64,000 nucleotides of DNA from Octopus sinensis (taxonomy: Eukaryota): NCBI RefSeq assembly GCF_006345805.1, contig NC_043006.1, positions 42,098,001 to 42,162,000 of the forward strand, read 5' to 3'. How positions within the stretch are numbered: position 1 is the stretch's first letter; each line of letters starts with the position of its first letter. This document shows, piece after piece, positions 11,980 through 25,735 of this stretch. The notes under the pieces were generated by a model. That model saw nothing but the letters and a program-made list of their open reading frames with translations. It was not told the DNA's origin and did not search any database. Both the position numbers and the translations under genes were made by a program.

Positions 11980-12950
11980 TGGTTTGAGAGTTAGGATGAT
12001 TATTAGTATTATTATTGGGTCCGTAATCACTAACGAATTTATTTTTTCAATAAAGAAACCTGCTTCTTTTAATGCACTATCATAGTAAGAGGCATGTTTA
12101 TTGAAAGTTTCAGTATCCGAGGATAACATAGAAATTCTTTTACCTACATTGCCTATTAATGCTTTTTTTAACTGAGCTAGGATGGTTACTAAGGGCATTA
12201 ATGTACTTAAGGTTCTCGTTTAACTTACAGAATGGGTGGGTTTTATTAGTTACTATGTTTAGGTTTGCATCTAGGTAGTTAACCGCAGAATGTCCTTTCT
12301 TGATAAAGATATCTAAACCATAATTCTTAAAGAATTTGTATAATTTTTTATGTATGTTTTCTAATGATCTATTGGTGCAGTTTCTAGTTATAAGGAGTAG
12401 GTCACCCCTATATAGACCTCCCTCTATGTTAAAGTATTCTAACTCAAGTTCAGATAGTAGGTCTATTCCTACTAAATCTGTTACTTGGGCAGAGTCTGGG
12501 GCGCCCATGGTTATATCAAAGCAATCCCTAGTGTCTTTCCTAGCCCATGTTTTATTTTTATATATTATTAGGGATTTCCTCGTTGTTAGCACTACTTTAA
12601 CTTCATCATATGTCATCTTAACCTTTTTCATAGCATATATAAGGGCCTTATTAAGAATAATCTCGTTAATAGATGAATAATAATTTTCTATATCTATTTG
12701 GATGAACTTGCACCTATTTTTGAAACAATTTAACGTATCTCGGGTACAACTCCAGAGTTTAAAGTTATTTAACGTATTAAGTTTATCTATATATATATCT
12801 AGTGTGCGTTTACTGAGTCTCCCTATATCAGACTTACATGGGCATATCAGTCTTATTTGTGGGTCAGAATAAATATTGTTTTATGGTCCTTAATGGTTAT
12901 TCTAGGATTCATAGGCACATATGGTTCTGTGCGATTTTCGTAATCATACT
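11980..12950 (-). mobile_element. Penelope-like element reverse transcriptase remnant
   Basis: ITIKDHK...RLICPCKSDIGRLSK...FIQIDIENYYSSI...FDITMGAPDSAQVTDLVG...GLYRGD (YRDD mutated)...VNYLDANLN...YINALSNHP...KRISMLSS...YYDSALKEAGF. Contains frameshifts. Confidence 0.88.
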
Positions 12951-12964
12951 TACACATGCACACA

Positions 12965-13010
<46 letters not shown>

Positions 13011-13203
13011 TCTCTAATTCTTTATCTTGTTTCTGTTATTCGACTGCGGCAATGCTAGAGCACCACCCTTAGTTAAACACATCGACCCCAGGACTTATTT
13101 TTTGTAAGCCTGGTATTTATTCTATCGTTCACTTTTTCAGGGACATAAACACACCAACGTCGGTTTTCAAGCGATGGCGGAGGGACAAACATAGAGACAC
13201 CAA

Positions 13204-13234
<31 letters not shown>

Positions 13235-13245
13235 ATATATATATT

Positions 13246-13290
<45 letters not shown>

Positions 13291-13333
13291 CATACATAGA
13301 TAGGTATATAGATATATATGTATTTATATATAT

Positions 13334-13548
13334 ATTTCTTTACTGACCACAAGGGGTTAAACATAGAGGGGACAGACAAAGGAATTAAGTCGATTACATC
13401 GACTCCAGTGTGAAACTGGTACTTTATTTATCGACCTCGAAAGGATGAAAGGCAAAGTCGACCTCAGCGGAATTTGAACTAAGAACGTAACAGACGAAAT
13501 ACCGCTAAGCATTTCGCCCGGCGCGCCAACGTTTCTGCCAGCTCGCTT
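13334..13548 (-). mobile_element. SINE family N
   Basis: Reverse-complement head tttctgccagctcgc and core gaaaggatgaaaggcaaagtcgacc. Confidence 0.85.
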
Positions 13549-13549
13549 T

Positions 13550-13591
<42 letters not shown>

Positions 13592-14933
13592 AACTATATT
13601 ATGTTTGCAAAACAAAATGGTGTGTCCTTGCTTAACAATTAATATTTACATACCAGTAGTGAGGAATATGTCTAATATGCTAATTGGTCTATCCAATTGT
13701 GTTGCATCTCTAAATTTTGTGGGTATTTAAACAAGACCTTCGTGGATGGCTGGTGGGTTGGATGTGGCGCTGATGAAAGAAGAATAAATCCTGAAATGAG
13801 CATGTACAGCCTTATTTTTAATTTTTTAAATGATAAGGCACTAAAAATGAATGATTCTCCCAAGGGCACAATAATATATATATATACATATATATATAAT
13901 ATATATATATATATTATATATATATATATAGGTGATGGAATGACCGAAGAGTTGGAGAGTCGGCAAAATGTTTTGCAGTATGAGTTCAAATTGCAGCTGG
14001 GATCCATTTAACACTTCATTACCCCCCACTCCGTTGTCAATAAAAAAAACGTACAAGTCCATTCAGCGCAGATTTAATCAGTGCTGACCACTTTTAAAAT
14101 TCAAATTTCACGTGTGACCTCGTACCTCTGTGTGTGTATTCGCGCGCGCACGTGCGTGTGTGTGTGTATGTGATATATTCATCAAAGATGAATTGGATGT
14201 TCTCTAAAAACAAGAAAAAATTCTCAATAAATTTAAATTTTCCTCCTTGGTGAAGGCAGAAAACAGAATATCCTCGCGGCATTCATTAATGATTCACAGG
14301 AGAAAATAGGAGATAATTTGAATAAATTAAGAAGTTATTTAAAATTTTTAATTCTGGTGCTTAAGGGTAAATTAGTTAATTTTTATTTATTTACTTTTTA
14401 GGGGTAGGGGCTGCTTCTTTTCCGTTTAGTGAACAAATTGGCAGTGAATGGTATGTTTTGGCGATATTGGTCGTCTTCATCTAGCATGAACAGCACAAAG
14501 CCGCTTCATTAATATACAGTCATTTACATATAAGAAAACTAGTCACAAATAATGTGTTGCGTATATAATACATATATCAACGCGCGCACACTCACATACA
14601 TACATACATACATACATACATACATACATACATACATACATTCATTCATACATACATACATACATACATACATACATACATACATACATACATACATACA
14701 AACATATATGTTCTTTTTCTTTTACTCCTTTCAGTCATTTAACTGCGGCCACATTTGGTCAAACAAACCGAACCCAGGACTTATTCTTTGTAAGCCTAGT
14801 ACTTATTCTATCGGCCTCTGTTGCCGATCTGTTAAGTTACGGGGACGTAACACACTAGCATCGGTTTTCAAGCGATGCTGTGGGGACAAAGACAGACACA
14901 CAAGCATGCACACATACACACACACATACATGT

Positions 14934-15011
<78 letters not shown>

Positions 15012-15092
15012 ATATTAGGGAATAAATCCAAATTTACAGGGAAAAATCAGATTTTACTTGTTTGATTTGCAAAATAGTGGTTTTGTCTCTAA

Positions 15093-15132
<40 letters not shown>

Positions 15133-15439
15133 CCCGTTCTGTGTGTGTGTGTGTGAGTGTAAAAGATGATAACGGCCGTATTTTTCAACTGATTTCCTCC
15201 CAACTGGGGACATACATTACTTATGCGCCATGGATGGTTTTAGAGTCTTAAAATTTTTCGCATAATGAGTAACAGGTCCTCTGGGGGGAAAAAGCAACCG
15301 TTCCTGGGTTACATAGATAAGGAAGGTAACTCTTTGCGAACTAACTTTCAAAAATTGATTGTCTACTTTACAGCCATTGATCATAAAAAAATTTTTAATT
15401 ATTGCTTTTTATATTAGATTCACATCTTTGGAGCTCTTT

Positions 15440-16078
15440 TAAAATATTTACTTTCGGTGAATAACATTTTTCCACTGCTCTATGGACCAATTCTGTAGGT
15501 TTTTATTCCACTCTAAAGGCTTTGCAATGTTTGTTTTTCAAAGCAGTGATTTTCTGATTGCAGCCCTCCCGTAAAATCCGGCTTTGTGCAGCTCCCGTCG
15601 AACAACCTTTGCAGAAACTGGGTTCTCGAGGTGGTCATTAAGCTCTGCAGTAATTTTGGGCGCCGTACTCTTGTGATCCTTTCTAACAATTCGCGTAAGA
15701 ATCCGACGGTCCCTATCTGAAAGTTTTGGTTTTCTTCCGGAGTTATATTTCGACGAGAAGGTTTTTCCCTCTTTCTCAAAGGCTGTCATTTACTTTCGAG
15801 ACAGTACTTCTTGATACACCAAACATTTCGGCTGCTTTTGTTAAGCTAGCGCCTGCCATACAATTGGCCACTTTAAAAGTCGTTTTAATGAATTTTAATT
15901 ACCTTATACTGGTGATATCTGAAAAGGAACAGCAATTCTAGCAAAACATATTAAGCCAACACTAATAATAAATAATAAAAAAAAACATAAAAATAAACAA
16001 GTTTTTGAAGGTTTTACAGATATTTCAAAATTATGATGCTATGATGCGAGGTGTTTCCATTATTTTGTCCAACCCCTG
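15440..16078 (-). mobile_element. Tc1-like transposon 5' half (ITR plus DNA-binding region)
   Basis: TA-CAGGGGTTGGACAAAATAATGGAAACAC ITR at 16080. ORF SGRKPKLSDRDRRILTRIVRKDHKSTAPKITAELN...VRRELHKAGFYGRAAIRK, continuing to NWSIEQWKNVI. Confidence 0.9.
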
Positions 16079-16199
16079 TATATATTCACGTTTAATGATT
16101 TTAATGAACGGTAGAAATGTTCTTAATATTGGTTTCAAATCTTCGCACAACGTCAGCAATTTCAGGTGTGCGGGTATGTCAATCGCATCCATCTCTAAT

Positions 16200-16550
16200 G
16201 CTCAACTGGCATCCATTTTATTGATCCTGAAAGGATGAAAGGTAAAGTCGACCTTGGTGGAATTTGAACTCAGAACTTAAAGATGAACCCAATGCTGCTA
16301 AGTATTTTGCTGGGAGTGCTAACGATTCTACCAGCTCGCCGCTTTCAGAAATGTCTCAACATTTTAGTAGAGTATAAGGCAGTGCTTTAGCCCACCGGAC
16401 AAAACGCTTATTGACATTTCGTCCGTCTTTAAGTTCTAAGTTCAAATTCCGCCTGGGTCGATAAAATAAGTACCAGTTGAGCATTGGTGTCGATGTAATC
16501 GACTCATCCCGTACATGAAATTGCTGGCCGTATGCCATAATTGGAAATAC
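16200..16550. mobile_element. Two SINE family N copies, head-to-head
   Basis: Minus copy about 16200-16345; plus copy about 16377-16550. Confidence 0.7.
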
Positions 16551-17209
16551 AAGCTGTATTCTTTACTCTTTACTCTTTTACTCTTTTACTTGTTTCAGCC
16601 ATATGACTGTGGCCATGCTAGAGCACCGCTTTTAGTCGAGCAAATCGCCCCAGGACTTATTCTTTGTAAGCTTAGTACTTATTCTATCGGTCTCTTTTGC
16701 CAAACCGCTGAGTTACGGGGACGTAAACACACCAGCATCGGTTGTCAAGCGATGTTGGGGGACCAACACAGATAGTAGTAGAGTATTTGCGTTCAAATTC
16801 CGCTGGGTTCGACTTTGCCTTTCATCATCAGGGTCGATGAAATAGATATCAGTTAAGCACTGGGTTCGATGTAATAGAAAGCCCCTCCTACCACGTAGAA
16901 CCATTTTGTTCTCTTTTTTACACTGTGTGTATGTATATAATCTTAGTAATCCAACATTAGCGTTTACTTATTAGAGGCAAAAAATAGGAAACCAGAAATA
17001 TATATACAAACAAGCCAGCGGTGAGATATATCCGTATAGAAATATTATATTATTAGCAAAAGGCCCCACAGAGAGTACATCTGTTTCGCCTGTCGACTCC
17101 TGTGTTAAACAGATGAGATCTCCATAACGTTTCTGGTTAATAATACAATATAAACTTTACAAAATTGAGTATAGATATTAAAAAGATATATAATGATGAA
17201 TAGTTTAAT

Positions 17210-17229
17210 AGATAGACAGATAGATTGAG

Positions 17230-17324
<95 letters not shown>

Positions 17325-17359
17325 AAACAGGCAGATAGATAGATAGATAGATAGATATG

Positions 17360-17429
<70 letters not shown>

Positions 17430-17430
17430 T
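17210..17430. repeat. (GATA)n microsatellite
   Basis: Direct reading. Confidence 0.97.
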
Positions 17431-18030
17431 GAAAGGGAAATACAAGGGCATCGCAAAAAGCTGGGGAATGAATCAATGAAGAACAATTAGAGAGAAAAAT
17501 GAAAAGTGAGAAAGAGAAAGACTGAATAAGGGAGAAGAAGAAAGAAAAATGTAAGAATTTAAGAAATTAAATTTTGTAAATGTGATATAAGTGAAGGAAA
17601 TGTAAGGCATCGAAATTAAAGTTGATCTGACACATGCCGAATGCATTAATTGTATGATTTAGATTTCAGAAGCTAGACAACTGGTTTCAACGAAAGTCAT
17701 AGTTTATTTCTAATAATTGTATTTAAATTAGTGCGTGCCTAATGGAATGGTAATGTCTTTGTGAATCAGGATATTTTAACTGACGGACCACTGACAGAAT
17801 AATAGCATTCGCCTTAATTCACTTGACGAAGGAATTAACTGACAAATTCGTTGGCTGAGAGCTTTTGTTAACCGATTTCGAGGTTTTCGCACGACTGGAT
17901 GCTTTATTGTAGCCAAAGTTTCAAATATAAAACTGTCCTCGCTTCATATCATACAAGGGTCAAAGCATAAAACCGTGTGCTTTTGAGAAAATCAAATTCA
18001 ACATTTCTGACCTGATATATACGGGGTTGA

Positions 18031-18469
18031 AGGTGGCGTGCTGGCAGAAACGTTAGCACGCCCGGCGAAATACTTAGCGGTGTTTCGTCTGCCTTTACGT
18101 TCTGATTTCAAATTCCGCCGAGATCGACTTTGCCTTTCATCCTTTCGGGGTCGATACATTAAGTACCAGTGGCGTTCTAGGGTCGATCTAATCGACTGAC
18201 CCCTTCCCAAAAGTTTCGGGCCTTGTGCCTAGAGTAGAAAAGAATATACTTTAGGGCGGCGAGCTGGCAGAAACGTTAGCATGCCGGGCGAAATGCATAA
18301 CGGTTTTTCGTATGTCTACACATTCTGAATTCAAATTCTGCCGAGGTCACCTTTGCTTTTCATCCTTTCAGGATCGATAAATTAAGTACCAGTTGGGTAC
18401 TGGAGTCGATCTAATCGACTGGTCCCCTCCCCATAAATTGCGGGCCTTGTGCCTAGAGTAGAAAAAGAG
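18031..18469 (+). mobile_element. Head-to-tail dimer of SINE family N within one 14-bp TSD
   Basis: Heads at 18031 and about 18253; atatacggggttga at 18017-18030 and 18470-18483. Confidence 0.88.
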
Positions 18470-18805
18470 ATATACGGGGTTGAGGCAGCTAAATTCTTTA
18501 CACCAATTGATTCCATTAGTCACCATTCTCAGTTCGAAGGCTTGGTCAAGGCTGTCCATTAGCCAAACCAATATCAGTATCTTTTATCTCTGACTTCTTT
18601 CAGTTATTTCACTGCGGCCATACTGGGGCACTGCTTTGAAGAATTTTAATCGAACGAATCGATCCACGTAGTCATTATTTTAAGTCAGGTATTTGTTTTA
18701 TGGGTTACTTTTGCTGAGCAGCTAGGTTACGGGTACATAGACATACCAACACCGGTTGTCAAACAGTTGTGGGGAACACGAACACACACACACACACACA
18801 CACAC

Positions 18806-18853
<48 letters not shown>

Positions 18854-19002
18854 ATATACAGCGGTCTTTTTTTTAGTTTCTGTCTACCAAATCTCACGAG
18901 ATTTTATTTGGCCCGAGGCTATAGTAGAAGACACTTATCCAAGGTGCCACGCAGTGGAACTGAACCCGTGGCCATGTGGTTGAGTAGCAAACTTCTTTTT
19001 AT

Positions 19003-19221
19003 TATTGCCCACAAGGGGCTCAACACAGAAAGGACAAACAAGGACAGACAAGGGGACTTAAGTCGATTGCATAACTGGTACTTATTTAATCGACCCCGAA
19101 AGGATGAAAGGCAAAGTCGACCTCGGCGGAATTTGAACTCAGAACGTAGCGGCAGACGAAATACTGCTAATGCTAAGCATTTCGCCTGGCGTGCTAACGC
19201 TTCTGTTAGCTCGCCACCTTA
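19003..19221 (-). mobile_element. SINE family N nested in a family C SINE
   Basis: Flanked by duplicated agcaaactt. Confidence 0.8.
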
Positions 19222-19639
19222 AGCAAACTTTTTACCGTACAGCCACGCCTGCATCTCCACCATGTAACAATAATATCCTTCTGTGAATTCGCTCAACAAT
19301 GTCCTGATTCTAAAGCAATTTATCTCGTACCAAGACAAAGGAAATTTTTCGTTTTCTCATTATAGAAATGGTAGGTAGCCAAACTATAAATGCATTATAG
19401 TATTTTATTTTTCTCTTTTAAGTTCTGGGGTTAAAACATATGAATGTCTCCTTCAATTTCTGTCTGACGTTCATTATTTTTAAATCTAGCCGACACCAAT
19501 GCCAAGACGAAATGCGTGTATTTTCAATAACAGCCACCACAATATCAAAATAAAATAGCAACAACGAGACCCTTGCTGGGACCACAAAAGTATTTAATGC
19601 TCTCGACTATAGGTTCAAGGCGTGAAATGAGGCGGAATG

Positions 19640-19815
19640 GATGTTTGTCGATTACATCGACCCCAGTTTGTAACCTGTACTTATTTCATCGACCCGGAAA
19701 GGACGAAAGGCAAGGCCGACTTTGGCGGGATTTGAACTCAGAACATTAAGATCGGACGAAATGTTGCCAAGCATTTTGCCTGGCATGCTATCAATTCTGC
19801 GAGCCCTCCGCCTTG
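19640..19815 (-). mobile_element. SINE family N
   Basis: Reverse core and head. Confidence 0.75.
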
Positions 19816-19950
19816 GTTCACAAAGTGTTATTAATCAAAACAACGACCAAAACGGTTGTGACAGGAATTTTACCCACAAGTAGAATTGAACTCATAACTG
19901 GAAGATTAATACAATTTTATAACAATGTTGTAGATGTTTATGTTTATATA

Positions 19951-20122
19951 GGCGCAGGAGTGTCTGTGTGGTACGTAGCATGCTTACGAACCACATGGTT
20001 CCGGGTTCAGTCCCACGGCGTAGCACCTTAGGCAATTGTCTTTTACTATAGCCTCGGGCCGATCAAAGCCTTGTGTGTGGATTTGGTAGACAGAAACTGA
20101 AAGAAACCTGTCGTATATATGT

Positions 20123-20160
<38 letters not shown>

Positions 20161-20400
20161 ATGTGTGTGTGTGTGTGTGTATGTCTGTGTGCCTGTTTGT
20201 CCTCCTAACATCGCTTGACAACCGATGTTGGTGTGTTTACGTCCTCGTAACCTAGCGGTTCGGCAAAAGTGACCGATAGGATAAGTACAAGGCTTACAAA
20301 GAATAATTCCTGGGGTCGATTTGCTCGGCTAAAGACGGTGCTCCAACATGGCCATAGTCAAATGACAGAAACAAGTAAAAGAGTAAAAAGGGAGTAAGAG
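19951..20400 (+). mobile_element. SINE family C
   Basis: Full head, internal (TA)(TG) tract, tail with gtaaaagag repeats. Confidence 0.88.
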
Positions 20401-20509
20401 TATATTGTATCATATGGTTGATTCATGTATCTCTAGACTGCGCTTTTAAATGCTAAATTGATGTAGGGGAGAAAACGAAGAGGGAAGAACCAGAAAAGAT
20501 CAATAATAA

Positions 20510-21015
20510 GATCGTATCATTGCAACAGCTCAGCTACTGGGAAAGGTTGAAGCAGTTAAGACTCTACTCCCTGGAGAGAAGACGGGAGAGGTATGCAGTA
20601 ATATATATCTGGAAGATCCTGGAAGGAATTGTGCCAAATTTTTGCATTGAAAGCTACACGAATGCCAGAATGGGACGACACTTGCTGCCAAAGGTCCCAG
20701 CAATGCCATCACGCTTCAGGACCAGTTACTGCAACAGCCTGGGTTTCAAGGGCCCACAGCTTTTTAATATTCTTCCAAAGAGTCTGAGGAACTTGCACAA
20801 AGTAGATGTAGGGGTTTTTAAATCAAAGCTGGACCTCTTCCTGTCGAGAGTCTCAGATGAACCTACCTCACGGCAAGAGGTGCAAATGAGGGTAGCTATA
20901 TCAAACTCCATGCTTCACCTAGTGCCACATATTAGAGGAGGCTCTTAGTAATAACAGTGTAGCAAAACGGCGGTGCATCAGCATGGCCATAGCTCTGAGC
21001 TGAAACTACAGAAAA
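20510..21015 (+). mobile_element. CR1/L2-type LINE 3' fragment
   Basis: LSYWERLKQLRLYSLERRRERYAVIYIWKILEG...GPQLFNILPKSLRN...FKSKLDLFL is a CR1-group ORF2 C-terminus, followed by a short 3' UTR. Confidence 0.9.
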
Positions 21016-21575
21016 AAGAGGACAGCACAGAGAAGTAGGAGGATGTGGTGGTGGTCGTGGTCGTCGTCGTCGTCATCGTCGTCGTCGTCGTCGCCGTTGT
21101 GGTAGTGTAATCAGGATTCTAGTGAGGAGGAAGATGTATTAATCATGAAGATGAGAGGGAAAGATTAAGGAGAGGAAATGAATATCATCAGCGAGAATAA
21201 AGATAAAGAGGGAAATTTGGAAAGAATTTGGAGAAAATCTAAGAAGAATTGAAAGAATAAAGTGAGAAAAAGAAAACTGAATTTCTAATTCCAATTAAAT
21301 TTAATGTTTTCAAGAACTTCAAGTGTCTACATCATGTGTATTTCAATCTGTCTTCTGTAATTTTAAATGATGGGAAGACACATCTCCATCCTCTAAACAA
21401 GATAGAATGTGCTGGAGTTGGTTATATAACCTCTTCATTTCAAACAATTTATCCTGGGGTGCACAAAATAAAAACACTATTCACAGAATAAACTCACAAT
21501 TTATGCATTGGATGTCGACCAATGCTTTTCTTCCACGCAGCTACGTTGAACGCAGCTCTTATGTATAAACTTGCT

Positions 21576-21968
21576 TTTACTCTTTTATTCTTTTACTTGT
21601 TTCAGTCATTTGACTGCGACCATGCTGTGGCACCGCCTTTAGTCGAACAAAGCGACCTCGGGACTAATTCTTTGTAAGCCTAGTACTTATTCTATCGGTT
21701 TCTTTTGCCGAACCGCTAAGTTACGGGGATGTAAACACACCAAAATCAATTGTCAAGCGATGGTGGTGGGGGACAAAACACAAACACACAATTTTTTATA
21801 TATACGACGGGCTTCTTTTCAGTTTCCGTCTACCAAATCCACTAACAAGGCATTGGTCGGCCCGAGCCTACAGTAGAAGACATTTGCTCAAGATGCCCTG
21901 CAGTGGGACTGAACTTGAAACCATATGGTTGGGAAGTGAGCTTCTTACCATACAGTCACTCCTGCGCC
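21576..21968 (-). mobile_element. SINE family C
   Basis: Full-length reverse copy. Confidence 0.85.
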
Positions 21969-23129
21969 TATGCACTTGTTTATATGTCGTGGGTCAGGGA
22001 CCAATAACCACGGTGTCGTATAGAGCAGGCATGTCAAACACGTGGCCCAGGGGCTGCATGAGGCACTTTCAGACCCAAGTGCGGCTCTCAAGCGTCGTAC
22101 CTAGGGGAACCCAAAAACAATTTTAATAGTGAAAATAAGGTGATGAGCTGGCAGAAATGTTAGCACGCCGGGCGAAATGCTTAGCGGCATTTCGTCCATC
22201 TTTACGTTCTGAGTTCAAATTTTGCCGAAGCTGTATCCAGGTTTTGAATCTGCTCCAGATATTAAAATGATTGAGAACTATTGCCATAGAGCAACCATTG
22301 AACCTTACCGATTCCCTCTAAGGAAAACCAGTATAAAGTATTTTAACCAAGTGCATTGCTATATAAAGCTGCGGCAATTTAATTCAATGCAGTGTTCACA
22401 AACGGTTGCATAAACAGGTACTCATATGCATATATATATATGCTTCGTGTAACACCTACATAAAAAGTTAGCTAGGCTGGGTCAATCAGTGTTAATTATC
22501 TTAGTATTAATCACAGTACGGTACTGATTACACAAAACAAGTGACCGATCTTTTTGTCCGTTTGTTTTTCTACCCTAACAAATTGGCGATCTGCCATCCA
22601 ACTTCGTAACTTTATAAATTTTCAAAGATGCTTTCGAGTGTAAACAGACTTTCATGTTTCTTAAGCAACTTTGAAAGCGCAGAGATCTTTAAATTACTGC
22701 AGGTCAGTGAGAAGTTTTGTCGTTCATGGACTTCCTAGTAGTATTAAAAAGTTTACTTAATGAAAGAAAACCGCTATTATTATTACAGCAATTAATATCG
22801 TATTGGTCCAATGAAATGTAATTAGCCTTTAAACTGTCTGGTGAACACCATAGAAGACAGGCGGCTGTTGAATCGAACCCACAAGCTAATTTTAATCAAT
22901 TATTGATTCAAGTCTCACCCACACAATCAAACGAAAAGTTTGAAATTCGCATTTCCTACGGTTATTATATGAGCTTTCTAAACAAGTTTAAACCGGAACA
23001 ATATTTAGAGTTTCTTACCTATGTCTTGAGTTGTTATTTCATTTTTATCGTTTGAATTAACTTTTTTTTCAGTCGTATAAATTTGCTAGCAACTATATTT
23101 CATACGGGGTTATTGTAAATCATAACTTA

Positions 23130-23428
23130 TTACAGAAAAGCCATAACATGTTCCTTCTCGAGCCACGCCTGGCTCATAAGGGCCGGTTTCCTTGGCGTAT
23201 AAGTTTCCCTTCTGGAACCGTCGCAGGTGAGCTGCAAGATGTAGGAGGAAGGAATGAGAGAAAGTTGTGGCGAAGGAGTCAGCAGAGGTTCGCCATTACC
23301 TTCTGCCAGAGCCGCGTGAAGCTTAGGTGTTTCGCTCATGAGCACACACATCGCCCGGTCGGAGATTCGAACCCGCGATCCCTCTACTGCGAGTCCGTTG
23401 CTCTAACCACTAGGCCATGTGCCTCCAC
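23130..23428 (-). mobile_element. tRNA-derived SINE, fourth family (family R)
   Basis: Reverse of gtggaggcacatggcctagtggttagagc...gggttcgaatc. Confidence 0.8.
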
Positions 23429-23641
23429 AAACATGCTATATACTAAGCGAAAATATATATTGCTGCTGTCGTCTCTGCTTACTACGTTATTCGGTGTTTG
23501 GTGCACCATGGTCAGTAGATCACCCCTTCACAATGCAAACATGTTTATTGCATGATATAATTTGTTACCTACCTCTGGAGTTATACACATATGTATATGT
23601 TTAATTTATTCATTGACCACTCAGTTACGATGTATAAATAT

Positions 23642-24028
23642 CCTTTCCACTATAGGCAAAAGGCCTGAAATTTGGTGGGTGGGGAACTAAGCGATTACAT
23701 CGACCCCATGGCAATTAATTTATCAACCCAGAAAAGATGAAGGGCAAAGTCGACCTCGGTGGAATTTGAACTCTGAACGTAGCGCCGGGTGAAATAATAT
23801 TTCTTTACTACCCACAAGGGGCTAAACACAGAGGGGACAAACAAGGATTCACAAACAGATTAAGTCGATTACATCGACCCCTGTGCGTAACTGGTACTTA
23901 ATTAATTGACCCCGAAAGGATGAAAGGCAAAGTCGACCTCGGCGGAATTTGAACTCAGAACGTAACGGCAGACGAAATACGGCTACGCATTTCGCCCGGC
24001 GTGCTAACGTTTCTGCCAGTTCGCCGCC
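23642..24028 (-). mobile_element. Composite of two SINE family N bodies within one 17-bp TSD
   Basis: ttacgatgtataaatat at 23625-23641 and 24029-24045. Confidence 0.85.
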
Positions 24029-25179
24029 TTACGATGTATAAATATAAAGAAAAAACATCTATGTCTGCATGTAGTTTCGATCTCCGGACTGTCTCCCTTC
24101 CACTGTGGCACTCTAATCAACTAGTGAATAAACAGATATATAATATATTAGTTCTTATATTGTCTGTTCAGGGTTACATTACTTCTGTAACAGCATCCAT
24201 CATAGTTGTTAATCTATTTCTTTGCATTGCATTATGCCAAATGGGCGAAATATAGTAACAACACAATAAGAACTGTGGCATTAATTTAATTACTTTTTCG
24301 TTCTGCAAATACTCTAAAAGTCACATGTGACAAACCACACGCATAGATCTATGAATTCTAAAGTTTTCTGGGTGTCTCTCCATATGCCATTTCTAAGTTA
24401 GCCATGATCAAATCAATTCTATAAATGTTTTCCCTCCCCTGCTCATCATTGCAAACGATCTTGCAAGTATCTAGATTAAATGGATTTTATCTGAAGTTAA
24501 AATCAAACTGTAGAACCATTTACAATTCTGCTCCTTAGTGTCTGATGACATACATAATGCGATACGAATTGAAATAATGTTTTCCCTTCGACGCTGTTTA
24601 TCGAATGGTAGGTCATCAATTAAAATGAATAAATATCAAGAATAATTGCTACCAACATAAATTTGATTTTAGTTCTGCAACTAACAGCCATGAAGCTGAT
24701 CGTTACAATTTGATTAATCGTATTTAAGTATGTTTGTTCTGTCTCAGGTTCTATTTTATAATCTTCAAATCCTCTCTATCGAAGGAGACTTGCCAGATAT
24801 ATTAGTCTTCTGTTATCTTTCTGTTTCCTTCTGCTGTCAAGAATATTTACAAGTGAGAGCTATGACCTAATATTTACCCATTGGCTGGGTTATATAGTTT
24901 CGTTCTAATATTTATAGTCTTTGCTTCTCTCTTTACCCACGATCAACTGAAGTAGCTAGCATCAGTTGTGGTTGCTTTATTGAACACAATTACTTGGTTG
25001 ATACTTTCTCATTTAGCTACGATGCATGCACGTCTATGTGGTCAAGCAAGCTCGCTTTGCAACGATGTGGTTTTGGGTTCAGTCCTACTGCGTGGCACAA
25101 TCGGAAAATGTTTTCTGCGGTAGACCAGGGCTATTCTGAGTGAATTTGATTAACCGAAACTGTATGGAAACCCATCATG

Positions 25180-25735
<556 letters not shown>

